Assembly: GCA_004764695.1 (NCBI GenBank)
Contig: SMSO01000037.1
Location: 3,820,747-3,884,746 of the forward strand
DNA: 64,000 nt
Source of the DNA: Schizochytrium sp. TIO01
Lineage: Eukaryota > Protista > Bigyra: Labyrinthulomycetes
Direction: 5' to 3'
Shown here: positions 11,474-23,225 of the stretch, one piece after another
Numbering within the stretch: position 1 is the first letter of the stretch
Layout of the letters: every line of letters begins with the position of its first letter
Program-made: the position numbers and the translations under genes
The notes under the pieces: model-generated
What the model was told of the DNA's origin: nothing
The model's input: the letters and a program-made list of their open reading frames with translations, nothing else
Database searches by the model: none

Positions 11474-12970
11474 TTAAATTGATGCAATTCTGTGATGGCC
11501 CATCTGCATGAATTTTTGAGCTAGCCTAAACTCCTACACTTGACTGTTTGTTTGTTTCCATAAATACTTAAATACAATGCTAAACCAACGACTGAAGTCT
11601 CAATACCTTATTGAAATGTCGGTTTCCTCAACTTTGAGTTCATTCTCCCTGTTAAACTACCTACATGTCAGAATGGAAAACCAACGTGTTGCTTAACATG
11701 ATATATAATGACCCGGGGTGGCTTTTATTCGTAGCATCTATCTATGAACTATGCTATAGCACTTGTGACCGTTCACGGCGAACCTTGGAATAGGTTAATA
11801 ACCATTGCTTCTTATTGATATTTCGTTACATGGTTATTGCGCTCTAAAGCATTTCCAAATCGCGTTTTAGAAAGATTCTGTTTTTGACATGTGATCTTCA
11901 GCAAAAGAGAACGACTTAAACATTGAAGATTCCTCCACTATGGTAGTTCGTACGCTTTTTGAATTCAAAGCGCTCGCAGTTCAATAAGTAGAATTTGTTA
12001 ACAACCTTTTGCCCCGCAACGTATGCTTGAAAGTACTTACTCTGCCACTAAGTCCTTGCATTTAAATAACGCTTTGGCATTTACTACTCCATCTCTACCT
12101 TCTAAGATCATCTATACTATGACGCACGGTAGAATGAATCTATAATAACAGTGGTTGCTCTCGGACTCTATTGATTATTGGCAACAACTGTACGAAGCTC
12201 TCGGATATTCCTTTTAGTTAAGATGCTCTAAATAGGATGCTATCTTTTTTTTTCTTTTTTTTTTAATCGAAGGAACATATGGACAGGATATTGCTAGGGT
12301 TCTTGGAGTGCCGTTGCAAGTCCTTGAAGAATTTGTTTAGGATTAGACCCAGACAACTAGATCCGTGTTTGGGAATCCAAGAGAGTCAAAACCCATAGCA
12401 GACATGCATGTCCAAAGAATAAGTATGGTGAATCTAAATTTGTTTCTAGAGATGCAAGTTAACCTAATCTCATCACCTATGTCGCATATAGATTAAGTAT
12501 GCCACAGGCACCTAGTTATATTATGAATCAGTCTGCTTTGGAATTCAGTTCAAGAGATAGGAGATCGCTTAATCTAAAATGCAAAGTTTACGAAGGTTTC
12601 CAAAGTCCTCATCAAGCTTTCTCCAAGCCTTTTGCTTTCCATCTTCGTAGTCAAGCTCTAACTAACCAGACTCGTCTATCAGCACATTGATTAGTCGGTT
12701 TAATATTTGATATTGTTTGATTTTTCCAAATACAAAAATTACGAACTCCTATACTTAGAGTGTAGTGTAAGTCCTCCCACAAGGCAACCTTGCACCATAT
12801 CTTTGGTTCTTCTGAAAGCTTCTACTCCAAGGCTCTATGTACATTATTCATCTTTGCTATAGAATACAAAAAACAAATTAGAACAAGTTAAAGAACCATA
12901 TTCTACAGCAATTGCAACGACGGTGATAACTTTTAGTCTTTACGCTATGTTCTTTTGCAGTACCTTACAT

Positions 12971-13004
12971 TACCAAAGCAATAGTGCTACCAAAGCAATA
13001 GTGC
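12971..13004. repeat. Exact 17-bp tandem duplication
   Basis: taccaaagcaatagtgc x2. Confidence 0.9.
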
Positions 13005-14606
13005 GATTTTATATAACCTTACTTGGTATTCACATTTCTTCGAAATACATGTTTTTATATTTAAACCGTGACAGTGATTCAGTTAGACGGAATAAACCGA
13101 ATCGAAAGCAGCCTCTTCAGAAGATGGAGCTGAAGACAATGCAATAGATGGGGCTGAAGAGGTTGTTTTCAAGATTGAGAAATACCTTCTGTATTTCCCA
13201 CGCCCAAGCAGATTGAGGTGGGGCAGAGCATCACTCATGATTAAACGTGAAGCGCTAGGGGTGAAGCCTTACTCTATCTGCGAATGCGATAGTGCTCTCT
13301 TTCATACGGAAGCCATGGACTCTCTTTCCCCATAGATCCTCGTCTCCTCAGGCTCATGTTGAAGCCAAGCTTGCATACCTAGCACAAAACGAACGCTGAG
13401 GTTCTCTTTGGTTCTGTCTGAATTCTTGCCACAAGGCCAAGACGGGTAGATTAAATAAAGCATCGCATGAAGAACACGGGAAAGGCAAAGCTAGGAAGCC
13501 TCCATTGCTGGCCTGACGCGCTGGTTTAGCAAGATCATCAGGGACCGCACGAAGATTTGCAGTCAAGGCGAAGGAGGATCGATGCGTTACGATCGTTGTG
13601 CTCAGCGCACTAGTAAGTACCTAGAAATGATTACCTTCTGTATACAGACAGTATCATGAAGAGCCCCACTGCGCCCCACAGACTCCAAAGTTTCCCACAC
13701 ACCACTAATCACACTATCTCAACTTTCGGTGGAACACCCTCACATCCGACTGTAGCTGCGGGCCCTCTGCCCGAACTATTCGTTTGTGTCCCATACTTCC
13801 TAGGAGATAGTTCCTGGATATAAGTTTGCTTTACTCTCGAGAGTTTTCTAGCTAGCAATAGCAAGAAAGCAAGAAAGCCAAAGCAGTAGTGCCTGGGCCT
13901 CCATATTATTCCCAGCGCGCAGGCATTGCACGTGTGCAGACTTTCGATTGCACTGCAGCACCGAATCCTGAATCTTCAATCATGGCAGGAGGTCAAGACG
14001 CAAAACACGACCTCCATCGCCAGTCTGCTTGTCGACTCAAGTTCGCGCCACCTCTGTGCCCAGTTTGGGCTGTGCATGAATGTGTAAATTAATTAATCAA
14101 TCAATCAGTTGATTATTTCGTGCATCCATTCATTCATTCGTTCACTTCTCCAGTTTCTCAGAAGGGATTCTTTCGTTGCCTCTTTCTTGGCGTGAGCTCT
14201 TCCACTGCGAACTAAGTACGTGGATATCCATCGAACCGACCATCTTCTATCCCATAGTAGCGCTGCATGTGCCGAGTATGCCACTCTTTTATGTACATAT
14301 ATGTGTATATCTTTATGTCAAAATTAAACCTAAAATAAATTTTCATTAAACACAGACAAACACAAGACAAATCACGAGGCACCATCAAGAGGCCTTCGCT
14401 CCAGTTTCCCAGAAGCCCCGCTTGCTTGCTTCAGCTCGCTCCGCACAAGTCGAGGTCGATCGAGCGGCTGCAAGGTCTCCGCGCCCTCCACTGCGATCGG
14501 TTTCTTCTGCCCGGCCTCGTGCAAAAGGTGCGCCTGGAGAAGAATTCGAGACCGTTCCGGTGTCCAATTCCTTCTTCATTCATACATTCATTCGCGCGCT
14601 CAATCG

Positions 14607-14654
14607 AGTTAGTTGGTTGGTTGGTTGGTTAGTTAGTTAGTTAGTTAGTTAGTT
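14607..14654. repeat. Compound (AGTT)/(GGTT) microsatellite
   Basis: Direct reading. Confidence 0.9.
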
Positions 14655-15763
14655 CAATTTGGCCACCGCCGGCGCCGAAAGCGACTCCCTCGCGGCCGCG
14701 GGTGCGGATGTTTTCGACGCCGCGCAGTCCTTGAGCTCGTTCCCGTCGAGCTTCGCAGGGTGGCGGAATGCCATTAATCATGAACTCACTCGACTTGAAC
14801 GATGTCCAAAGTCGATGCGAAATGGCCGTATCCTCGAAAGTCTGCCAAACTGAATGCAGCAAACAAACCACTGAGCGAAGCAGAAGGATATGAATGAATG
14901 AATGAATGAATGAGTGAGTGAGTGATATCGCAATCAATCTAAGCAGAGCGGTTTCCACTCAAGCAATCGGCAGACGAAAACACAGGCGTATGTATGTGTG
15001 TGGTGTATGTATCAATTGGTCTTCGTTCTATCTCTCGGGGGCGCCTTCCCTCGACAGCCGTGGTGGCGGAGCTAGCTACCTAGTTACCTGGCTAGCTAGG
15101 TGCGAAGTTAGGCAAGAGGCTGCGTAGCACAACGGGCGGAGGTCAGAGCGGCTTTGATTGCTTCAGAGGCTGCAAAGAACCAACTCTTCCTCGCGATCCG
15201 TTGCTTCATTCATTCATTCTTTCTTTCTTTATTTATTTTATTTATCTATGAAAACAACCACATCTCATGATAAATAGCAGTATCATGCAGGCAACAATGG
15301 ACCCACCCTGGTATCCGCCCTCTGTGGGGAAACCCAGCCCCCCAGTTTCCTCTTCACCCACTGAAAAACCACCCCCCTCACGGGACGCAGTGGGCGCTGC
15401 GGGGCGTTCTTTGCGCGGGCCAGCCAGCCTTTGTGGCGTTCTCTTCGCGTTCTTCTCTGCTTCCATGTAACCTAAAACTTTTCTTCGAGCAACAAGAACT
15501 GAAGAAGGTAGGTAGGTTCTATCCGCTTCGATGTAATGTCCACGCTTTCGCGCCCCTTGCACTTGCCCGGCTGCTCCCTGCCGCTTCCGGCGGCCTGTCC
15601 CCGCTGCCCTGAGGCGCCAGCGCCCTGCCGCCGGTCCCTCGCTCGCCGAAGCGGGCCGCCCCCGGCACCCGTTCGGCGCCGCGGAAGCTGCGACCAACTC
15701 GTAGCACATCCGCACATACATTTATTTATCTATTTATTTATTATCCATAATACACAAAGCGAA

Positions 15764-15970
15764 GACATGAAAGAAATGAAAGAAGCGATAGAAATGATAG
15801 AAATGATAGAAATGAAAGGAAATGACGGAAATGATGGAAATGATGGAAATGAAAGAAATGATGGAAATGATAGAAATGATAGAAATGAAAGGAAATGATG
15901 GAAATGAAAGAAATGATAGAAACGATAGAAATGATAGAAATGAAAGGAAAGAAAGGAAAGACAGGAAATG
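15764..15970. repeat. Minisatellite, 9-bp unit GAAATGA(T/A)(A/G), ~22 copies
   Basis: Units gaaatgata, gaaatgatg and gaaatgaaa, plus a recurrent 10-bp gaaatgaaag variant. Confidence 0.93.
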
Positions 15971-17213
15971 CTTTCTTTGCGGGTCCCAAGGCGTTCTTTT
16001 TGGGCGTTCTCCTCTCCCCAGCTTATTGCCGCATCAGGCGTTCTTTTCCCGCATCTTCGATTTGTGGGCCAGAGTCAGAGAACTTGCAATTTTGGAAACC
16101 CTCGCGTTCGCTGAAAGCACAGCATACGTACCTGTGCAGATAGCAGAATGCGAGTTAGGCCGCTGCGTCTTCAAGAGAGGAAGGGGTCCCTGGGGCCCAA
16201 AGGCGAAGGCGAAGGCGCCGCTCGCATATCGAGCGCACGCGACTTTGCGCCTTCGGTTTTGTTGGCCAGCTCGAAGTAGTGCGCGGTGTTACGGATTCGT
16301 CTAGGTAGGCTCTACGCCTTAGCACTACTTAATACTAGAAGTAGTAGTACTATCAGCATCGTTCTCTGTTGTTAAATAAGAAGAGAAAGAGACTGAAACT
16401 AAACGAATCTTGCAGGAAACCCGTCTCTCGACAGCCAAAAACAGCTAGCTGTCGATGGCGCGAAGGTGGCACGGAGTAGACGCTCGATTGGTGGACGGTC
16501 TGGGGCCTCCGCCAGCTTTCCGGGAGGTTCCCAGGCGCAGGAGGGAGAGCATGCTGCCTGCTGCGGCTTGCCAAGCAAGGGTCACAAGTTTGAGTCACTG
16601 AGAACTTTGGAGTCTCCTGTTCCTGCAACTAACGAACTAACGAAAACACGGAATACCTAACTCATTAACTAAAAAATTGAGCGCTCTCTCTCTCTCTCTC
16701 TCTCTTTATATGTAATCTATGTACGTATGTCTGTATTCAGATAAGCAATATCGAAGAAGAGGAAAGAAAGAGAGAAAGAAAGAGAAAGAAAGAGAGAGAA
16801 AGAAAGAGAGAGAGAAAGAGGAGAAGAAAGTTCTTTCTTCGGAGTAAAAAGAAGGGAGAAACCTGCGTAGGAAAAGAGGAACAGAGAGGAGGAGAGAGGC
16901 CGTGCACATTGCACTGCAAGCGTTGATACGGGTTTAGTAAGCGAGCAAGAAAGGCTTCAAGGCCTGCTCTTCGGAGATCTGCCCTTCGAGGCTTTCTCGA
17001 GATGCTCCAAACCTGCTGCACACCCACCCGCCCACCCGCAAGTCCCTCGCACCTCGCCCTCGAGTAAGTAGCCTCATCCTGAAGCCTCTGCATCTTCAGA
17101 CAGATCGACCTTCAGGTCTTCGGGTCTTCATGTCCTACTGCCACGTTTTATAAAGTAAAGTGGCGCTTATACATTTATAAAGCGCTTTTTACAGTAGACA
17201 GACGAATAAATGT

Positions 17214-17344
17214 ATGAATGAATGTATGAATGAATAGGAATGAATGAATGAATGAATGAATGAATGAATGAATGAATGAATAGGAATGAATGAATGAATG
17301 AATAGGAATGAATAGGAATGAATAGGAATGAATAGGAATGAATA
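17214..17344. repeat. (GAAT)n array grading into GAATAGGAAT 10-mers
   Basis: Direct reading. Confidence 0.9.
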
Positions 17345-17947
17345 TCTGCACCAAAGACCAAAGCGACGGCCACTTCGCTCAACGGAGCGCCGGCCTTTGA
17401 GGTCTTCTGCGGCCTTCGACGCGCCCTCGGCGGCTCTAGCTAGAGAGGCTGTCGAGGCGCAGCTGCCTGCCTGCTACAGCCAGCCAGCCAGTCAGTCGCT
17501 CGCTCGCAGACGCATCGACGAACGGAGCAACGCGCGGCAAGAACCAGGACGCGCAGCGGCGGTTGAAGCACGCATCGCGCCCCCTCATTAACCTTGTAGC
17601 GCAAACTGGAGCGCCTCGAGCGCAGCTTCTTTTGTTGAACTTTAAAAGAAGCCGGTAGCAGTCGCTAGCGGTCGCTTAGAGGGGAAAGCGGACCCAGAGG
17701 ACGCAGGCGAAGAGTCTCCTCTGCGGGCGGTGGGTCGCAGAGAGGAGAAGGAAGGAAGGCACTTTGGAGAGAAGCAAATCCGAATTGGAGATTTTCCAAG
17801 CGAAAGGTCGGCGAAGGCTGCGAGCGGGCGAACGTACGTACATACTTCGAGCAAGCAAACAAACAGTTCGTTATCTCTCTGCGGCAGTAGTGGCGGCATT
17901 GAAGAAAAAGACCTTGTTGCTGGAGTTGATTTGAAACCAAAGTGAAG

Positions 17948-18178
17948 ATGCCGGCCTCGTCAGCAAATTCTACGAACTCAAAGATGACTGCCGAACAGAC
18001 TGTCAAAGGTGTTCAGGCTGAAGAGGTGAATGCGAAGAAGACTGAGGCACCAACCTCGACGGCGGCAACATCTACGGAAAAGGCTAATGGTGCGCGTATT
18101 GTACGCCAAACTCTGCAGTACCTGCGTGGAAACACGCTTGTCAATGAGTTTGGAGTGGCTGCCAAGAGCAAGCTCTAA
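17948..18178 (+). CDS. Candidate 76-aa microprotein with C-terminal PTS1 (AKSKL*)
   Basis: ATG in gaagATG context; codon usage like the neighbouring genes (AAG, GAG, GCC, CTG); ends ...EFGVAAKSKL-TAA. Confidence 0.6.
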   Translation: MPASSANSTNSKMTAEQTVKGVQAEEVNAKKTEAPTSTAATSTEKANGARIVRQTLQYLRGNTLVNEFGVAAKSKL

Positions 18179-18346
18179 TACGGTAATATGTTGTTTTGAA
18201 TATGAAAACAACTCACAGTCACGTACGCTTGACTTGAGAGTCTTTGAGTCGTCTTGCTACTTCACCTCACTTCTGATCACGCACTCGCTCGCCCGAGTTA
18301 CCTAGCCCGCCCAACCTACATATTCCAAAGAAAAATGGGATCATGT

Positions 18347-18572
18347 AAAAATCTGTCCCAATCAAGAAAGTGATGCGATATGCATCGAATTCATTCCCAC
18401 TGTGGAGATCATGATACAAAACCAAAGAGTAGTTTATCCAAAGGCTTTTACTATCTCTTGGGAACTACCCACGTACATGGCACGCTTCTTTTCTACATTT
18501 AAAAAAGAAAAGAAAAAAAGAAGTTGGATATATGAGCGTACCAACTTGGGACAGTTTGACCGTACCATAGTG
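18347..18572. mobile_element. Putative degenerate MITE-like element
   Basis: Inverted pair ctgtcccaa (~18353) / ttgggacag (~18546). The right end gggacagtttgaccgtaccatagtg resembles 47446-47470. Confidence 0.3.
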
Positions 18573-18724
18573 CATCTGATCTCCCTTACATCAACCAATG
18601 TATACACTACTACAATTCCTAGTCACCTAATCAAGAAACGAAAACATTCGTCGAGCGTCTCTTCAGGAGTACATTTTCTCGTATATTTTTCTTTTGATCT
18701 TCATTTTTCAACTTCTCTTTTTGT

Positions 18725-19032
18725 TTTTTCTGAGTCCATTTCTTGTTTGGCATGATGATAGATGAAGACCGTAAAGTAATGCAACTCTTCTTGCCCTCAC
18801 CTCGCTCCGAACGATCAAAATCAAGATGGCCCGGAGTGTCCCATGATCAACATTTCTGTACCATAAAAGGTACCACGAAAGTATTTTTGGTTTTTCTGAG
18901 TCCATGTCTTGTTTGACATGTGAAGCAATGCAAGTCTTCTTCCCCTCACCTCGCTCCGAACAATCAAAATCAAGATGGCCCGGAGTGTCCCATGACCAAT
19001 ACTTATGTACCATAAAAGGTACCAAGAGAGTA
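18725..19032. repeat. Diverged tandem duplication, ~150-165-bp unit x2
   Basis: Copies start at 18725 and 18891. They share ccctcacctcgctccgaac(g/a)atcaaaatcaagatggcccggagtgtcccatga and tgtaccataaaaggtacca; copy 2 has a ~17-bp deletion. Confidence 0.93.
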
Positions 19033-20423
19033 TAAATGCTCCCATTAAAAAGCTATCAAATCCAATCACCTGGAAATATAGGTACAAAGCGTTGTATAAA
19101 ATTTACGATTCTGGCCGTAAACGTTTCTCCTTTAGACGGTTGGACAGTGGTTGTGTCTTAATTTCAATTGAACTTGGGTCACATGATATGAATGAGTTTA
19201 AATTTAGTCTGCAGGGCTGAAATAGGTCTTTGTAGTGCATATGCTCCGCATCGAGCATCAGTTAATAATAATCCACTAAAAATTAAAGATGTTTTGCAAA
19301 ACAAATAGTTCATATTACCCCAACGTTCATTTCCAACTTCGTGAGATCTTCTTTACTTAGCTTACTTTTTATTAATTGGATAATTGGTCTGCTGGAGGAG
19401 ATGTAGGTTGCAGGAACCTGAACTATGATCTAGCCAACGTAAGTCAAGTCCCTTATAATTTGAACAACGTAGCTCCTTGCACGACACATTTGCCTCATGA
19501 ATGCGCTTTTTTTCTTGAAAAGATAGATACAAAAATTAGTAATCTCAACGTCAATTACTTCTTAAGCCCAGATCAACAGCCAATTAATTCAACAGCCAAT
19601 TACTTGTTGAGTCTACACAGCGTCTCCTTCCCCTATATGGTTGTTCACGTGCTGAACGTGGCACAAACAGCTTCACGATGATTGAGATCCGTATGCGTGA
19701 TCAATTAAACTATAGCTGATTACTATATGCAATGCAAAACTGTCCTTCTACGGTATAGACATCACTGTAAACGAATGCACACATATGTCGATCGTGTGAA
19801 TACCGTCTCCTCTTAAACATTAAGGAGCAGTTTGGCAAGCGACTTAAGGTACTGTGCGATTTGCTATTTTTGGTAGATAGAGCAACCAAGAAACACAGCT
19901 TCAGGACTTCGATCTGTCTTCTTTTTAAATAGGACAAGTTCTACACAGACTGCTGCGAACAAGTGACGAATCGACGACACCGCGCATCACGTATCATCAT
20001 CGGAGCAGCTTGATTTATCTTCGTGTAGCCCAAAATACCGAGCCAAGCCTTCCTCTGCGAGCTTCAGTAAAGATATAGATCTATAGGCCTTAATGAAAGG
20101 CCACACCACCTTGTGTTCGTAGCACGTGCAGCCATAACCTAGTCTTGTGCAGCGCATTCATAAACTCCTACATCATTCGCGACGCTGGCATTAGGGAAAG
20201 GAAGGAAAAAAAGAAAAAAAAAAGTTCAGAATGCAATCTTGGCGAGGAAACGGTTAGAAAGAGGGAGACGGGTTAAAGGTATTCAACTTTTCTGCACAAT
20301 AAATTGCTGCTGTTGTAGCCTGCTCGCCTGCGTGATGTACTGCGCGAAGGAGCTTGTGCAAAGTCAGTTTGGGCTCGCTGGAGCTAGCCAGCTGGCAAGC
20401 TATGGTATAGCTGGTAAAAATTG

Positions 20424-20823
20424 ATGCCGTGTCGCTCGTTCAGACTGACCGATGAATATGCGAAGAAGATCGTAAGCTAACGCACTCGCTTCCCTAGATT
20501 ACCCAAACGCTGTTCCTTTTGTGGAATCAATACAAACATTATCTATTTATCTTCACCTAAATGAAACGGCACTGTCATAGAAATCGGCACCGTCGCATAT
20601 AGGGAGGTACAGCAATCATCTCATCAAGATCTTGCCAAAGGTGGCCAACGGGGCGCAATTATGCCCCAAGGCCCTCACAAAGTGCTTGAAGCCGCATTGG
20701 TATATCAAACAATTCGTTTCAGATGCCTTTGAGGAACTCAAAAGCGAAACTGAAGTTGATCTTTATATAGAAAACTGGACTTCAGACCTTTCGCAAGACG
20801 CACGGTCACCGAACTTTTATTAA
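20424..20823 (+). CDS. Candidate two-exon small gene (20424-20471, 20581-20823), 96 aa, unknown function
   Basis: Removing a 109-nt phase-0 GTAAGC...CATAG intron joins MPCRSFRLTDEYAKKI in frame to KSAPSHIGRYSNHLIKILPKVANG...RSPNFY*. Confidence 0.35.
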
Positions 20824-22277
20824 AGGTCCACAATCCCCTGCGAGTATGTAACTTCGACATCTCGCTTGTCCCAAATTAACTCATCAACGGAGTGCTAGTA
20901 AGTGAAATAGATAGCAGCAGGTAATGTCCACTATTTAGAATCAGGACCTCGACTCCAATCAGTTCAGCCTTGAATAATCAAGCGACCAACCACACAGGCA
21001 GGCTGCCATCCCAAGATCTCCAAAGGAGGTGTAACTAGGTACGCGAAGCCTTCATGCCTACGAAGTAAAAACCCCCAAGGCAGCAAGCACGTCCTGCCTC
21101 GTGGTATCAAAGGAAGAACAACGCGACTTGGCAAAAGCCGTCAAAATGTAACGTAACGGCGCGGAGGGTCCCCGCACGGGAGTCCCAGCTCTTCGAGGCT
21201 AATGGCCCTTAGCCAGCTTCTACGTGCGAGCACATCCGGTGCACACCCTAGTCCCAGCAGCAAGTGGACCAGCACATCCTGAGCGCCGAGTTGGATTGCT
21301 GGAGGCAAGAATGGACTACGGGAATTACACGGGCGAAGTGCAAGAGGTGTGAATGAGTGAGTGAGTAAGCAAGTAAAGAAGTAAAGAAGTAAGCCCGTCG
21401 TCACTTTGGCAGGAACTGCGAGAGCGGGAGTGGGAGTGAGGGAGGGCTGCCCCTCTGCACAGACATGGGCCGTAGAGAACCCTGTACGAAGGCATAGCGG
21501 GAAAGCGGGATGGAAGGAAGGAAGCCCATCTCTTTGTACCCCGCCCTCCCCACTCATGGTGGCAAAGGACTTATTGATTTGATTAGTATTGGTTGGCATT
21601 ATGGCGATGTGGAGCGATTATGGCGTACTCGGAAAATCAATTTCATAAGGGCGATGAAGAGGGCTACACTCGGAAAGGTAAGTCACGAGTATTTGCTGGA
21701 ATTCTGAAAGTAGCAAGCAGCATCGAAGAGGAGAAGACGCACAAAGCAGCTAGCTAGCTAGCCATTCGGCCGGCTGGGAATTCATTGACGAGCGCAACTT
21801 GGATAGGGCACAGAAGCGGGTAAAAGGGACGAGGCTGGCTTGACTGCCTAAGCGGTACTAGTCAAGGCTTGGTCCAATCTAAGGACCGGTGGATTTTGAA
21901 AGCTCCAACAGGATCTCGCTTACACTTAGAGATTGATTGTACGCAAGTCCTAAGGACTGATAGGAACTAACCCCAGAGAAAATAACACCTGTGCAATCAA
22001 AACTATCCGCAATCACTATTGTGAAGGAAAGTCTGCGATGCACAATAGCGGGCAGCGACTGATTTGGGCTTGATTAAGTCTCAGCAAACTCGCTTGCATT
22101 GGCTTGTGCCAACGCATTTAGGTCTGAGAGGACTTGACAGCAGGAGCAGCAGCAGTAGCGGGCACAGCAGGCCCACCAGGTGCAGCTAGCTCACCGTCTG
22201 GTGAAAGCCGTCGGCGCAGTCGCTCGCGGCAACAAGGGCAATCCTGGTTTGTGGAACTACATAGAACTTTTGAAATA

Positions 22278-23225
22278 ATGTCGGCCGCGAACAGCCCGTC
22301 TCAAGCGGAGCTGGACGAGCACAGCGTGCGAACGTTGCGGCTGGGTAGCTTTCGCATGGACGATACTGCCGATACCTACGAAAACATTGATCTCGACAAA
22401 GATGTCTACTCAAGAGATCAACCAGCACAGTCGTTCTCCTCTGCCAGCTCCCTGGGCGCCCCCTCGGTGGAGCCGTCACGATTTGAGCTGGGTGTGACCT
22501 CCATCGTGTCTGCGATTTCTTCTTTGGGATTCATGATTGGTTCTTTGGCGCTTTACTTTATGCACAAACAATCAACTGGATTGCCGCTTGCAGCTGTCGC
22601 TGCTATGCAAGGTATCAGCATTGTTTCGTCCTTCGTTGTTGGTATCTGGGCACTCAAATGTGTTGGTTGGACACACATGATTACCGAATCAGTTGTCTTG
22701 GGCCTGACTGCTTCATATGGCCTTGCAGTAGCTATTATAGCTCTTTCCCAGCTAATCGAGCACGTTGACATGGAACAGCCCAAGATGCTTACCGGCCTCT
22801 CCATTGCCATGACTGTTGTTCAACTCTGGTTCATTTTTCTTACTCAGTACTTTTCTCGCGGATTGCAACAGAACAACTTGGTGCGGCATATGTCTGTTCT
22901 TGATATTGCGTGCCTTGCGCAGGGTGTCGTGATTGGTCTTTGCTCCTACTTACAGGTTAAAGATTCCGTTCATGGCCGGCCAGACATTATTGCAACCTTC
23001 ATAATTGGTGTCATGGTGTTTTGCTACGCGGGAATCTCCGTTTTCCTCGCAAAGGGCGATGCTCGTCGTGATCGCGCCTCAAGCACAAACTCTGACGGCC
23101 TCGATACCTTTTCTGGTTCGACTTCTTTGCCCCCGTCACCCAATACCCAAGAGTTTTATGATTTTGACCATAATATGGTTGGTGACCCATATGCGTTTCA
23201 TGGGTCTGCTTTGGCACGTATGTAA
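22278..23225 (+). CDS. 315-aa six-TM membrane protein, TMEM163 / cation-efflux (CDF) TM-domain-like
   Basis: First ATG is at 22278 (the ORF track starts at an upstream TTG). Six hydrophobic helices. IIALSQLIEHVDME and RPDIIATFIIGVMVFCYA resemble TMEM163 TM3 and TM6 as recalled. The CDS is solid; the family call is moderate. Confidence 0.85.
   Translation: MSAANSPSQAELDEHSVRTLRLGSFRMDDTADTYENIDLDKDVYSRDQPAQSFSSASSLGAPSVEPSRFELGVTSIVSAISSLGFMIGSLALYFMHKQSTGLPLAAVAAMQGISIVSSFVVGIWALKCVGWTHMITESVVLGLTASYGLAVAIIALSQLIEHVDMEQPKMLTGLSIAMTVVQLWFIFLTQYFSRGLQQNNLVRHMSVLDIACLAQGVVIGLCSYLQVKDSVHGRPDIIATFIIGVMVFCYAGISVFLAKGDARRDRASSTNSDGLDTFSGSTSLPPSPNTQEFYDFDHNMVGDPYAFHGSALARM

Noticed and set aside
15536-16304. 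ORFs rich in MIE/GND repeats
   Set aside because: They are translations of the 9-bp minisatellite; the 10-bp units shift the frame.
22134-22277. TTG-initiated N-terminal extension of the membrane protein
   Set aside because: In a eukaryotic context the first ATG at 22278 (A at -3) is the simpler start.
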